Part shown: one piece after another, positions 28,359 to 38,298 of the stretch | Layout: each line of letters starts with the position of its first letter | Position numbering within the stretch: position 1 is the stretch's first letter | Assembly: GCA_963665655.1 (NCBI GenBank) | Contig: OY762429.1 | Span: 624,503 to 688,502, forward strand | DNA from: Terriglobia bacterium | Lineage (GTDB): Bacteria > Acidobacteriota > Terriglobia > Versatilivoradales > Versatilivoraceae | Reading direction: 5' to 3' | Length of the DNA stretch: 64,000 nucleotides | Notes under the pieces: model-generated | Databases searched by the model: none | The model's input: the letters and a program-made list of their open reading frames with translations, nothing else | Told to the model about the DNA's origin: nothing | Position numbers and translations under genes: made by a program

Positions 28359-29972
28359 TCAGCCCATCCCCACGGTGCGGCCGAAGCTGTCCTGGTAGAT
28401 CCGCGGGTCCACCCGAGCGTCGATGAGGGTCCCGCAACCGGCGCTCATGGCGGCTCGCAGCTCCCGCTCGAAATCCTCGGGCGTGTCCACGGTGGCCGCC
28501 TTCAGTCCGCAGGCCCTGGCCACCTCGGCAAACTGCACCGGATGCAGGTCCAGCCCATAGTCGGGCAGGCTGCGAATTCTCTGGCGGGCTTTCATGGTCC
28601 CCAGGGCCTGATCGTTCACGATCACCAAGGGCACGGTGCCACCGGTGCGGGCCAGCACTTCCAGTTCTCCCAGGCGCATCAGGAGACTGCCGTCGGCTCC
28701 CAGACCGATCATGGGTGTTTCGGGATCGGCCAGGCGGGCGCCGCAGATGGCCGGCAGGGTCAGTCCCATGGTGCGGCCTCCCGAAGTCCCATAGTAGGTT
28801 TCCGGCTTTTCCGCCTGCCAGAGATGCTCCAGCATGCAGATGAAGACTCCCGTCTCGGAAATGAGGATTCCATCCGAAGGCAGCACCCTTCGGCAGATCT
28901 CGATAATGTCCTGGGCGGCCAATCGGGCTCGGCCGGGCCGCTTGAAGGCGGGCAGGACCTCCTGGCGCAGCGCCCGGACCTCGCGGCTGCGAAAGCCGGC
29001 CCGGGCCTGGGGCGCCAGCGCCGGCAGCACGCTCTTGAGGTTGCCGTTGACCCGGACCCCGGGCTGCCGGGACAGGGATCGGTACTCGGGAGAGCTGAGC
29101 ACTTCCGCCGTGGGCAGGTCGCATGTCCAGGGTCCGTGGGTCATGAGGGCATCCACACCCAGCAGCAGCACTCCATCGGCTTTCTCGAAGGCCCTGGACT
29201 CGATGATTCCCGGGGAGTAGATTCCCACAAAGACCCCGGCCCAGCGATCGTGCGATTCGGGAAAGACGCCGCGGGCTTCCATGGTCACCAGGACTGCGGC
29301 TCCCAGGTTCTCCACCAGGGAGAGCAGTTCCCCGGAGGCATCGTCCCGCACCACGTCGGCCCCGGCAATGACCAGCGGCTTGCGCCACTTGGAAAGCAGC
29401 TCCCTGCAGGCCGCGATTTCATGCTCCGGCGCGGGAGCTGCCGGGGTGTGGGCCCGCGGCGGGAGCGGCGGACCGCACTCGGTGCTGCCCAGGTCGGCGG
29501 GAAAGTTGAGCAGGGCCGGCCCCGGCCGACCCTCGGTGGCGCGGTAGCTGGCCTCCTGAACCGCCAGCGGCGCATTCTCGGTGGAAAGCGTCTCCCGATA
29601 GCGTTCAATGCCGCTGAAGAGGCTCAACTGGTCGCAGTGCTGAACCATCTCGTAGCCGGCGGTGGCCGGCGGGCAGGTCTCGCAAACCGCCACCATGGGA
29701 GCCCGTTCGAAGTGAATGTTGGCGGCGCCCCCCACCAGGTTGGCGGCCCCCACCCCTCGAATGGTCAGGGCCAGCCCGGCCGTATCCTTCATCAGGCCGT
29801 AATAGGCGGCCATGATGGCGGCCGAGGACTCGTGGTTCACGCTGACGAAATCCACCCCCAGCTTGCGGCCGGCCTCCATCAGGTCCAAGGGACTGCCGCC
29901 TCCGGGAATGCCAAAGAAATGGCGCAGGTCGCGGGCTCGCGCATCCTCCATGATCAGTTCGGCAATGGTCAT
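28359..29972 (-). CDS. Thiamine-pyrophosphate-dependent enzyme, acetolactate-synthase / benzoylformate-decarboxylase-like. One polypeptide carries the three-domain architecture.
   Basis: 537 aa. N-terminal PYR domain (GIPGGG). C-terminal TPP motif (GADGS...N). Confidence 0.85.
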   Translation of the reverse strand: MTIAELIMEDARARDLRHFFGIPGGGSPLDLMEAGRKLGVDFVSVNHESSAAIMAAYYGLMKDTAGLALTIRGVGAANLVGGAANIHFERAPMVAVCETCPPATAGYEMVQHCDQLSLFSGIERYRETLSTENAPLAVQEASYRATEGRPGPALLNFPADLGSTECGPPLPPRAHTPAAPAPEHEIAACRELLSKWRKPLVIAGADVVRDDASGELLSLVENLGAAVLVTMEARGVFPESHDRWAGVFVGIYSPGIIESRAFEKADGVLLLGVDALMTHGPWTCDLPTAEVLSSPEYRSLSRQPGVRVNGNLKSVLPALAPQARAGFRSREVRALRQEVLPAFKRPGRARLAAQDIIEICRRVLPSDGILISETGVFICMLEHLWQAEKPETYYGTSGGRTMGLTLPAICGARLADPETPMIGLGADGSLLMRLGELEVLARTGGTVPLVIVNDQALGTMKARQRIRSLPDYGLDLHPVQFAEVARACGLKAATVDTPEDFERELRAAMSAGCGTLIDARVDPRIYQDSFGRTVGMG

Positions 29973-30400
29973 TGTCCAATCCTCGGTCGGTGAAGGGTTC
30001 GGTCAGGCGTTGGACCATCCGTAGGGTCAGGCATTTGTCTCATTTTTGGGAATCTTTGTAAAGGGCGCCGTCGGGCAACCGCAGGACTATCCCACGCCAA
30101 GTTTTCTCTCTCCGGGAGGGCCGATTCCAGTCGATTTGGGTGGTTTGCAAGCGGTTCGCGCCTGGAAAATGGGCCTGATGCGGGGGCTCCGACCCGCAGG
30201 CCAGCCTGAGTCCGGCAGTCTGGCCCCCCCGCGGAGCCGAAAGTCATTCATCACTCATCATTCATCATTAGTCCCCTGAATCTGGTAGCGCGGGATCACC
30301 CTGCCGCGGCCCCCGGCGCCTCTTGACCCCTCCCCGCCAAATGCCATAGCATCCCTCAAACTCGACGTCGGATGAAGCCCGAAGAAAGAAGCGTGAATCC

Positions 30401-33214
30401 ATGAAACCCTTGCTGAGCATTGTCATCCTGATCTTCCTCTGCTGGCCCCTCGGGACCTCCGGGGGCGAGTCCCACCAGGCCTGGCTGCACCATACCGACT
30501 TCGCCGACTTCGCCGGTGGAACGCTCGAGGACGGCGGGGCCAACCTCTACGTCACCCGCTCGGGCTCGGTGCGCATGATCCACACCCTGGACCTGAACAA
30601 CGACGGCTACCTCGACATCTTCGTGGCCCAGGACCACAACCAGTTGGAGAACGAAGACCTCCTGATCTACTGGGGAACCCCGCAGGGCCCCCGGTCGATT
30701 CTGCCGCCCCTGCCCGACCAGCAGCCGCTGGGCAAGCTGTTGCGGGAAATCCGCGCCCGCGACGGCGGCGTCACCCGGCTCCCCACCGATGGAGGAGGAC
30801 CCTCGCTGCTGGCCGACCTCAACGGAGACGGCTACCTGGAGATCGTCTTCTGCAACTTCATCCACAACTACTCGGTCCACATGCAGGCCCTGATCTACTG
30901 GGGAAGCGCCGAGGGCTATGGGCCGGAGCGGCGGACGGAGCTGCCCACCCTGATGGCCTCCGACGTGGAAGCCGCCGACTTCAACCGGGACGGCACCCTG
31001 GACCTGGTCTTCGCCAACAACGGCACCGAGGGGGGTGAGCGCCACGGACACGCCCACCACCTGGAATCCTACATCTACTGGAACGGCCCCACCGGGTTCT
31101 CCGCAGAGCGCCGCAGCTCCATCCCCAGCATCAGCGCCGTGGACTGCGAAGCCGGGGACCTGAACGGCGACGGCTACCCGGAACTGGTTTTCCTCAACAA
31201 CAACGCCAAGGAGAAGAGCCTCTACCTCTATTGGGGAGGCGCCGAGGGGTTTTCGGAGTCCCGCCGCCAGGTCCACCGGTGGGGCGACCTGCTGGGGGCC
31301 GAGCTGGCCGACCTGAACGGCGACGGCTCCCTCGACCTGGCTGTGACCCACCGGGACAACCGGGCCGAAGTCCGCCGGGGCAACGCCCAGGGGTTCGAGG
31401 AGGAGGCCTGGCGCCAATACCCCACCCGGGGGGCAACCACCCTCGGCGTGACCGACTTCAATCGGGACGGATTCGCCGACCTGGTCTTCCCCAACCGGAA
31501 GGGGGAGTTCTCCTACATCTATTGGGGGAGCGCCACCGGACCCTCCACTCGGGACATGCTCAAGCTTCCCACCCTGCATGCGGCGGCGGCCGCCTTCCGG
31601 GACTTCAACGGCGACGGGTGGGTCGACCTGGCCTTCGCCAACGAACAGGACGGCCGCACCTATGACGTCAACTCCTACATCTACTGGAACGGTCCCGAGA
31701 GCTTTGACCCCGCCCACCGCCTGGAACTGCAGGGGTTCGGCGCGGTCAGCCTGCAGGCCGACGACCTGAACCTCGACGGCCACGCCGACCTGGTCCTGGT
31801 CAACCGCAACAGCGGCAGCGAAACCTCCATCCCCACCCTCATCTACTGGGGCAACCCCAACCACCACTACTCGCAGGCAGCGCTGTCGATACTTCCCTTC
31901 TCCATGTCGGCGCCGGCCATTGCCGACCTGGATCAGGACGGCTGGGTGGACGTGGCCTTCCCCAGCGGCCGGATCTACTGGGGGGGACACCAGGGCTACA
32001 GCCAGGGGCACAGCCAGGACCTGTCCGTCCCCTCGGGATACGGCGCGGCCACCGCCGACCTGAACCGGGACGGCTATCTGGACCTGGTGATTGCCGCCGG
32101 CACGGCCTACAGGGAGCCCAAACCGAAGGGCATTATCCTGTGGGGAGGAGAGGCCGGCTACGACTGGTCACGGCGAAGCGAGCTGAAGCTCAACACCCTG
32201 ATCAGCCAGAGCCCTACCATCGCCGACCTGAACAAGGACGGCGTCCTGGACCTGGTCTTCTGCGACGTGGACGGCCCCCAGGTGGAGATTTTCTGGGGAA
32301 CGGACCAAGGCGCCTTCAGCCGGGACCATCATTCCTCGCTCCAGGTCCAGCCTTCCTCCACGGTGGAAGTCGCCGACCTGAATGCCGACGGCTGGCTGGA
32401 CATGATCGTGGGCGGCGGCTGGGACTCGGAGCAGTTCGGCCGTCCGACGCAACACATCTCGATCCTGTGGGGAGGCCGGGAGGGCTATTCCGAGGAGCGG
32501 ATGGTTCGCCTGGAGGGCTACGATCCCCTGGAACACGCCGTGGCCGACCTCAACAAGGACGGGTTCCTGGACATCGTCACCAGCAACTACCACGCCTACT
32601 TCACCCGCAGCATCCCTGCCTTCATCTACTGGGGCTCGTCGGAGGGAAGCTACAGCGAGTCCCGCCGCAGCCACCTGCCCGCCGAATCCTCGGGAGCCCT
32701 GACGGTGGCCGACCTCAACCAGGACGGCTGGTACGACATCGTGGTCTTCAACCACCTGGACCAGGGCGACCACGGCGCCGGCGCCCACATCTACTGGGGC
32801 AGCCCCCAGGGCTACTCCGCCGACCGGCGCCACTGGATCCAGACCTTCGGCCCCCACTTCGGGGCCCGCAAGGATATCGGGAACATCTATGACCGCAAGC
32901 TCCGGGAATCCTTCCGTTCGGCCGCCGTTCAACTGCCGGAGGGCAAGCAGGCCGCACGTCTGCGCTGGGAAGCCTCCACTCCCCACGGGACCGGGGTCCT
33001 GCTGCAGGTGCGTAGCGCCGCCTCGGAAGCGGGGCTGACGGATGCCGCCTGGACCGGACCCGACGGCAAGGACGGTCACTTCAGGAATTCGGGAGCCGCC
33101 CTGAACCTGCCCGCAACCCACCGCTGGCTCCAGTACCGCGCCACCCTCACCACCCCCAACGGGGGCAGCACCCCGGTGCTGGAAGCCGTGCATGTCGATG
33201 TGCGCGAGGAATGA
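30401..33214 (+). CDS. Large secreted FG-GAP / VCBS-type beta-propeller repeat protein (937 aa).
   Basis: Signal peptide. More than 12 DxNxDGxxD calcium-binding-like repeats, each followed by an (I/L)YWG...G(F/Y)S..RR module. Confidence 0.8.
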   Translation: MKPLLSIVILIFLCWPLGTSGGESHQAWLHHTDFADFAGGTLEDGGANLYVTRSGSVRMIHTLDLNNDGYLDIFVAQDHNQLENEDLLIYWGTPQGPRSILPPLPDQQPLGKLLREIRARDGGVTRLPTDGGGPSLLADLNGDGYLEIVFCNFIHNYSVHMQALIYWGSAEGYGPERRTELPTLMASDVEAADFNRDGTLDLVFANNGTEGGERHGHAHHLESYIYWNGPTGFSAERRSSIPSISAVDCEAGDLNGDGYPELVFLNNNAKEKSLYLYWGGAEGFSESRRQVHRWGDLLGAELADLNGDGSLDLAVTHRDNRAEVRRGNAQGFEEEAWRQYPTRGATTLGVTDFNRDGFADLVFPNRKGEFSYIYWGSATGPSTRDMLKLPTLHAAAAAFRDFNGDGWVDLAFANEQDGRTYDVNSYIYWNGPESFDPAHRLELQGFGAVSLQADDLNLDGHADLVLVNRNSGSETSIPTLIYWGNPNHHYSQAALSILPFSMSAPAIADLDQDGWVDVAFPSGRIYWGGHQGYSQGHSQDLSVPSGYGAATADLNRDGYLDLVIAAGTAYREPKPKGIILWGGEAGYDWSRRSELKLNTLISQSPTIADLNKDGVLDLVFCDVDGPQVEIFWGTDQGAFSRDHHSSLQVQPSSTVEVADLNADGWLDMIVGGGWDSEQFGRPTQHISILWGGREGYSEERMVRLEGYDPLEHAVADLNKDGFLDIVTSNYHAYFTRSIPAFIYWGSSEGSYSESRRSHLPAESSGALTVADLNQDGWYDIVVFNHLDQGDHGAGAHIYWGSPQGYSADRRHWIQTFGPHFGARKDIGNIYDRKLRESFRSAAVQLPEGKQAARLRWEASTPHGTGVLLQVRSAASEAGLTDAAWTGPDGKDGHFRNSGAALNLPATHRWLQYRATLTTPNGGSTPVLEAVHVDVREE

Positions 33215-33221
33215 TGCAAGC

Positions 33222-34037
33222 CTAGTGCTGATCGCGCCGTGGCAGGATGGGGGTGGCCTTGAGCTCCCGGATCAGCTCGATCAAGCCTTCAATGGCAGCC
33301 TCCAGGAACTGCTCCCCCTTCTCGACCGTGGCCCGGGTGGCGTCCCCCTTGACCCCGCTGGCGCTCTGGGAGCTCCAGTAAGGCACCAGGTTGGCTACCG
33401 ACCCCTTGGGGTGGCTTCCGGCCAGCAGGTCGCTCTGGAAGCTGGGAGGGAGCGGCGACCGTTCGTCCACGGCCTGGTCCATCTCCACCAGCTCCGGCTT
33501 CAGGGCCAGGTAGAGCGAGGTCTCGTATTCCCCGGCGTGGGAGGTGCCCCCGTGGTCGGACTCCCGCAGCCTGGCGCCCAGCTCCCTCGCCTTGCGCAGA
33601 CCCCAGTGGTTCACGGTGGCGCAGAGAATCTTCCCCTCGTATTCCAGGTTGGACAGCCGGGCGGAAAGATCCAGGGGGGAGGTGTTGCTGCCGTGGCCGT
33701 TGACCACCAGGATGCGCTTGAAGCCGTGGTGGGCCAGGCTGCAGCAGACATCCTTCACATAGCGGATGAAGGTGTCCCAGCCGATGGTGAGGGTGCCGTG
33801 GAAATCCATGTGGTGGGGGCTGTAGCCGTGGGGCACGGCCGGCACCAGCAGGGATTCGGAGGGAATGCGGGCCACGGCCCGCTCGCAGATCTCGGTGCAC
33901 AGCCTGACATCCACATCCACCGGCAGGTGGGGCCCGTGGTCCTCGTAGGTGGCCACCGGCAGCACCGCCACCCGATCCTGCCTGGCGGCCTCCCGAATCT
34001 CGTACCAGATCATCTCGGCGAAGCGGTACTTTGCCAT
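33222..34037 (-). CDS. Creatininase (creatinine amidohydrolase) family protein.
   Basis: Start trimmed to MAKYRF. HGPHLP... and HGG pattern. Confidence 0.8.
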   Translation of the reverse strand: MAKYRFAEMIWYEIREAARQDRVAVLPVATYEDHGPHLPVDVDVRLCTEICERAVARIPSESLLVPAVPHGYSPHHMDFHGTLTIGWDTFIRYVKDVCCSLAHHGFKRILVVNGHGSNTSPLDLSARLSNLEYEGKILCATVNHWGLRKARELGARLRESDHGGTSHAGEYETSLYLALKPELVEMDQAVDERSPLPPSFQSDLLAGSHPKGSVANLVPYWSSQSASGVKGDATRATVEKGEQFLEAAIEGLIELIRELKATPILPRRDQH

Positions 34038-34150
34038 GGCCCCTCCTGAGGCGCCGGTGAAGGCGTTTCGCAACCGAACTCGTTCCCTTCCCAAGTCGAG
34101 GGAGCAGGAACCGGTGGATTGGGGACGCGGGATGGTCGCGGCAGTCCCCG

Positions 34151-35263
34151 CTATCGCCAGGCCTCTCGGAAGAGGCGCAGGGCGTTGCCGCTCAGGATGC
34201 CCTCCACGACCTCCTCGCCGTAACCGGCCTTTCCGAGTACGGCCGGAAAGCCCTGCAGGTCGGCGATGGTGTCCACGTCGGTGGGAGTGACCTCGGCCCC
34301 GAAGCCCCCGTCCATGTCGGTCCCGATGGCGATGTTGTCCAGCGAGCCGCCGGCCAGTTCCCCGATGTGCTCGATATGGGGGATCAGCCCCTCCATGCCG
34401 TACTTGGAGACATAAGTCGATCGGTCGGGCTTGTTCTCCCACACCACCTCGGGATCGATGAACATCTGGCAGAACACCATGCCGATGATGCCGTCCCGGC
34501 GCACCAGCTCCCGGATCATGTCGTCGGTGAGGTGGCGCTGCCCCCTCACCACCGATCGACAGACGCAGTGGGAAGCCATCACCGGGCCGTCCCAGATCTC
34601 GAAGGATTCCCAGACGGCCTTATCGGCCATGTGGGTGATGTCCAGGATCATCCCCGCCTCTCGCATGGCTCGGTAAAGCTCCTTGGCCGGCGGCTTCAGG
34701 CCGCCCACGGTGTTGGTGCCGTGGATGTAGGTGTTGTGGCCGAAGTGAGCCGGTCCCACCACGCGAAGCCCCGCATCCCACCAGAACTCCACGTCATCGG
34801 GATCGATGATGGGGTCGGCGCTCTCCATGGAGAGCACGTGGTAGATGGGGGTGTCGTCCTTGGGGTGCTTCCAGGCCTCCACGGCTTCGTTCAGGTCCTG
34901 AAGGGACTTGACCGGCTTGATCTGGCCCCGTCGAGCCATCATCTGGTAGTAGGCCAGGTGGCCGCGGCCCATGCCGATGGCCTGCTCCTGGGTTCTCATG
35001 CCGTCGCGCATGGCGCCCCGCCGCCCGTCGATCCGCGACATGATGGTGCTGAGCATGATCCCCACGCTGCCACGGCGCATCTCCGGGAAGGTGACCGTGC
35101 ACAGACCCACGTTGTAGTCGGAAGCCACCTGGGGAGGCTCACCGGCCTCCTGTCGCCTCACCTGGTGGGCGGTCAGGGTGAGGTTTCGATTCCAGAAAAG
35201 GGCATCCCAGGCCAGGTCCAGGTGCAAATCGATGATCAAGGGTTGAGACATGAGCTCTCCAAA
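34151..35263 (-). CDS. Membrane dipeptidase, peptidase family M19.
   Basis: Start trimmed to MSQPLIIDLHLDL. Renal-dipeptidase-like motifs. Confidence 0.8.
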   Translation of the reverse strand, partial: FGELMSQPLIIDLHLDLAWDALFWNRNLTLTAHQVRRQEAGEPPQVASDYNVGLCTVTFPEMRRGSVGIMLSTIMSRIDGRRGAMRDGMRTQEQAIGMGRGHLAYYQMMARRGQIKPVKSLQDLNEAVEAWKHPKDDTPIYHVLSMESADPIIDPDDVEFWWDAGLRVVGPAHFGHNTYIHGTNTVGGLKPPAKELYRAMREAGMILDITHMADKAVWESFEIWDGPVMASHCVCRSVVRGQRHLTDDMIRELVRRDGIIGMVFCQMFIDPEVVWENKPDRSTYVSKYGMEGLIPHIEHIGELAGGSLDNIAIGTDMDGGFGAEVTPTDVDTIADLQGFPAVLGKAGYGEEVVEGILSGNALRLFREAWR

Positions 35264-35600
35264 GAAGGGTCGGACTGGAAGAGAACGGGGCACGCAAGGG
35301 ACAGCGCTTGACAACCATCTGCTACGCCCCTCGACGGACTGGTTGGAGATTTTCACACAAGGCCACGGGCGATGCAAATGGGACGCCCGTCCGGATGGCG
35401 GGATGGCCCCCCCGGGAACGCGGGCGTCCCGCCCGCATCCGTTTCCCGCCAACGCCCCCTCCCCCGTCAGACCCCGGCCGTCCCGGCTCCTCGTTGAGTC
35501 CTCCGCCGGAGGCACTGTGGTAAGATTTTCCCCTCCAGGCAGCAGGACAGTTTATTCCAGTAATTCAACAACGTCCCCTTTGGGACAAGGAAGTCTCACC

Positions 35601-36761
35601 ATGATTGCCGGAAAGCCATGCCAGGGCTTCAGATCGCGGTTGGGGGGAACCCTGCGGCCCCTCTGCCTCTGCAGCGCAGCCCTCCTGCTTGTCTCCCAGG
35701 GCTGGACGCCGGCGGCCCCGGCAGAGGAGGTTCACCTGTTCCGGTCCCTGAAGGCCGACCGGACCCGGATCTACCAGGGATCGCCGGGCAGCGGCGGAGG
35801 CCATCCCCTGGTCTGCCAGCTGGGCAACGGCGAGGTCCTGGCCGTTTTTCAGGCGTGGGAGGCGGATTCGGACTGGCGGATTCTATCGTCTCGATCCGGG
35901 GACGGAGGGCTTCGCTGGAGCGAGCCCCGGGTACTGGTGGACGGACCGGACAGCGAGGGGAACCTGGCCCTGGGGGTGCTGCGGGACGGCACCGTGCTCC
36001 TGGGCTATGAGACCTTCCAAATCCTGCGAGGCAAGGACGAACCGCCGGCCCGCTATCTTGCCTACCAGGTCATGCGCTCTACCGACCGCGGCAGGAGCTG
36101 GAGCTCTCCGGTAAAGATCCCCGACGATCCCGACTCGCTGGCCCTGGCTTCCTATTCCTCCATCCTCCAGCTTCCCGACGGGACCGTTCTGATGCCTCTC
36201 TACGCTTACGTTGAGGACGAGGAAGGCGAGACCGGTCAGCAGTCATCCCCCAGGCACTTCAGCTACGTGTACCGCTCCGACGACGGCGGTCGGAGCTGGG
36301 GAGACCGCAGCCTGATTGCGGCCGGCTTCAACGAGACCAACCTGGTCCATCTGAAGTCGGGGAAGCTGCTGGCGGCGATGCGGGAAGAACAGAAGCCCCC
36401 CGGACGCAGCGCCCTGGCCGAATCGAACGACGGGGGCCGCCACTGGAGCCGGCCGCGATACGTCACGGGAGCCAGCCAGCACCCGGCCGGCCTCCTGCAG
36501 ATGCCCGAAGGCACCGTGGTTCTGAGCCACGGGGTGCGCCACCCACCCTATGGCGCCCAGGCGCTGCTGAGTCGCGACGACGGCCGGACCTGGGACCGGA
36601 CCCGAAAGATCATGCTCGGGTACCACTCCTGGGGCGGCGGCGGGTATCCCTGCACCATCCGCCTGGACTCGGGCCATCTGCTGACCCTCTACTACGGCAA
36701 CTCACACCAGGGTGGGCAAAGTTTCCCATTTGTGGAGGCCGTGCGCTGGAAGCTGCCGTGA
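35601..36761 (+). CDS. BNR/Asp-box repeat exo-alpha-sialidase-like glycosidase, secreted.
   Basis: Five S-x-D-x-G-x-(T/S/R/H)-W Asp-boxes. Signal peptide. Confidence 0.75.
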   Translation: MIAGKPCQGFRSRLGGTLRPLCLCSAALLLVSQGWTPAAPAEEVHLFRSLKADRTRIYQGSPGSGGGHPLVCQLGNGEVLAVFQAWEADSDWRILSSRSGDGGLRWSEPRVLVDGPDSEGNLALGVLRDGTVLLGYETFQILRGKDEPPARYLAYQVMRSTDRGRSWSSPVKIPDDPDSLALASYSSILQLPDGTVLMPLYAYVEDEEGETGQQSSPRHFSYVYRSDDGGRSWGDRSLIAAGFNETNLVHLKSGKLLAAMREEQKPPGRSALAESNDGGRHWSRPRYVTGASQHPAGLLQMPEGTVVLSHGVRHPPYGAQALLSRDDGRTWDRTRKIMLGYHSWGGGGYPCTIRLDSGHLLTLYYGNSHQGGQSFPFVEAVRWKLP

Positions 36762-36807
36762 TCTACCCCTCTTCTCCGCTGGTCAGACCATTCCGGGAGA
36801 GTCAACC

Positions 36808-37962
36808 GTGAAAATCACCGATCTGAAAGTGTTCCACATGGCCGGAGGTCACGCCAACTGGATCTTCGTGAAGCTCTATACCAACGTGGGCTTGACCGGC
36901 GTGGGGGAGTCCTCCATGGAGCGCCACGACCCTCTGCTGATCCGGGCGCTGGAGTCCTTCAGAGACTTCCTCATCGGCAAGGATCCCCATCGGATCGAGT
37001 TGATCTGGAACTCCCTCTACAAGCAGACCTTCTGGTACGGGCAGCTCATCCAACTGGCCGCCTTGAGCGGGGTGGAGCAGGCCCTGTGGGACATCAAGGG
37101 CAAGGCCCTGGGGGTTCCCGTCCACGAGCTGCTGGGAGGGCGCCTGAGGGACCGGGTTCGGGCCTACGCCAATGCCTGGGCTTTCCAGGGGGTGGTGACC
37201 GAGACCAAGTCCGAGGACACCCCCGCATCGGTGGCCCGCCAGGCCCAGGCCATGGTGGACCGGGGATTCACGGCCATGAAATGGGATCCTTTCCGCGACG
37301 GCGGACAGGTCATCTCCAAGAGCGAAGAGAAATACGCACTCGAATCGGTCCAGGCGGTTCGGGAGGCGGTAGGCCCCGACATCGATCTGCTCATCGAATG
37401 CCACGGCCGATTCAACATGTGGAGCGCCATTCGCATCGCCCACAAGCTGGAGCCGCTGGACCCGTTCTTCTACGAGGAACCCATTCCGCCCGACAACATC
37501 GACGCCATGGCCGAGGTGCAGCGGGCCATCCGCATCCCTGTCGCCACGGGCGAGCGCCTCTACACCCGCTGGGACTTCCGGCCGCTGCTGGAAAAGCAGG
37601 CCGCCCGCATCATCCAGCCCGACATCTGCCACGCCGGAGGCATCCTGGAGCTGAAGAAAATCGCCGCCATGGCCGAGACCTACTACGTCAGCGTCCAGCC
37701 CCACAACTCCAACGGCCCCCTGTCCACCGTGGCCAGCCTGCACCTGGACGCCTGCATCCCCAACGTCCAGATCCAGGAGTTCTTCTACCCCTACCTGGAG
37801 CGCTACAACCAGGTCCTCACCGAGCCCATCGAGTACCGCGACGGCTACCTCACCATCCCCCAGGGTCCCGGGCTGGGCACCGACATCGACGAAGAGGCCA
37901 TCCGCAGGTATCCCCCCATGAAGATTCCCCAGGAAGCCACCTGGATGGGCTCCTACTGGTAG
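36808..37962 (+). CDS. Enolase-superfamily dehydratase (mandelate racemase / D-galactonate dehydratase-like).
   Basis: GTG start at 36808 (VKITDLKVFH). The MR/MLE N- and C-terminal domains are present. Confidence 0.8.
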   Translation: MKITDLKVFHMAGGHANWIFVKLYTNVGLTGVGESSMERHDPLLIRALESFRDFLIGKDPHRIELIWNSLYKQTFWYGQLIQLAALSGVEQALWDIKGKALGVPVHELLGGRLRDRVRAYANAWAFQGVVTETKSEDTPASVARQAQAMVDRGFTAMKWDPFRDGGQVISKSEEKYALESVQAVREAVGPDIDLLIECHGRFNMWSAIRIAHKLEPLDPFFYEEPIPPDNIDAMAEVQRAIRIPVATGERLYTRWDFRPLLEKQAARIIQPDICHAGGILELKKIAAMAETYYVSVQPHNSNGPLSTVASLHLDACIPNVQIQEFFYPYLERYNQVLTEPIEYRDGYLTIPQGPGLGTDIDEEAIRRYPPMKIPQEATWMGSYW

Positions 37963-38007
37963 GGAGCGGGCAGAGCTCAAAGGCGGCGCTTCCTTGGCTG
38001 AACACCG

Positions 38008-38298
38008 TCACCTTCGGACGTCGTACCGTTTCCAATCGGGCAGGTGGGCCGTCATCAGCGCCTTGAAGAGCTTGCCGTGGTTGGGAACGCGCAGGTGCAG
38101 CAACTCATGAGCAATGACGAAATTCTGGAAGTCCGTGTCCTGATCGGCCAGGTCGGCAGCCAGGGTGACGATTCCCGACGTGGAACAGGAACCCCACTTT
38201 CGCGTCATGCGCTGAACGCGAACCAGCCGCGGGCGCACATTCAGGCGTTGCGCCCAGTGCTCTACGCGACCGCGAATGGCTTTGCGCTGATCGTTCAT
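38008..38298 (-). CDS. Short YgjP-like M48/DUF45 zinc metallohydrolase (96 aa, C-terminal HELLH half only). It is translationally coupled (ATGA) to the hsdR stop.
   Basis: KWGSCS...[13 protein letters not shown] motif. Confidence 0.65.
   Translation of the reverse strand: MNDQRKAIRGRVEHWAQRLNVRPRLVRVQRMTRKWGSCSTSGIVTLAADLADQDTDFQNFVIAHELLHLRVPNHGKLFKALMTAHLPDWKRYDVRR

Noticed and set aside
27613-29388. 591-aa minus-strand ORF
   Set aside because: Only the last 241 codons are plausible. The rest overlaps the TPP enzyme in another frame.
29973-30400. Occurrence of GGGATCACCCTG (12-mer shared with the 23-bp MITE terminal inverted repeat) in the TPP/FG-GAP intergenic region
   Set aside because: It is a single short match without the rest of the inverted repeat. 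Chance is the most likely explanation.
30356-32011. 551-aa minus-strand ORF
   Set aside because: It is antisense to the FG-GAP gene.
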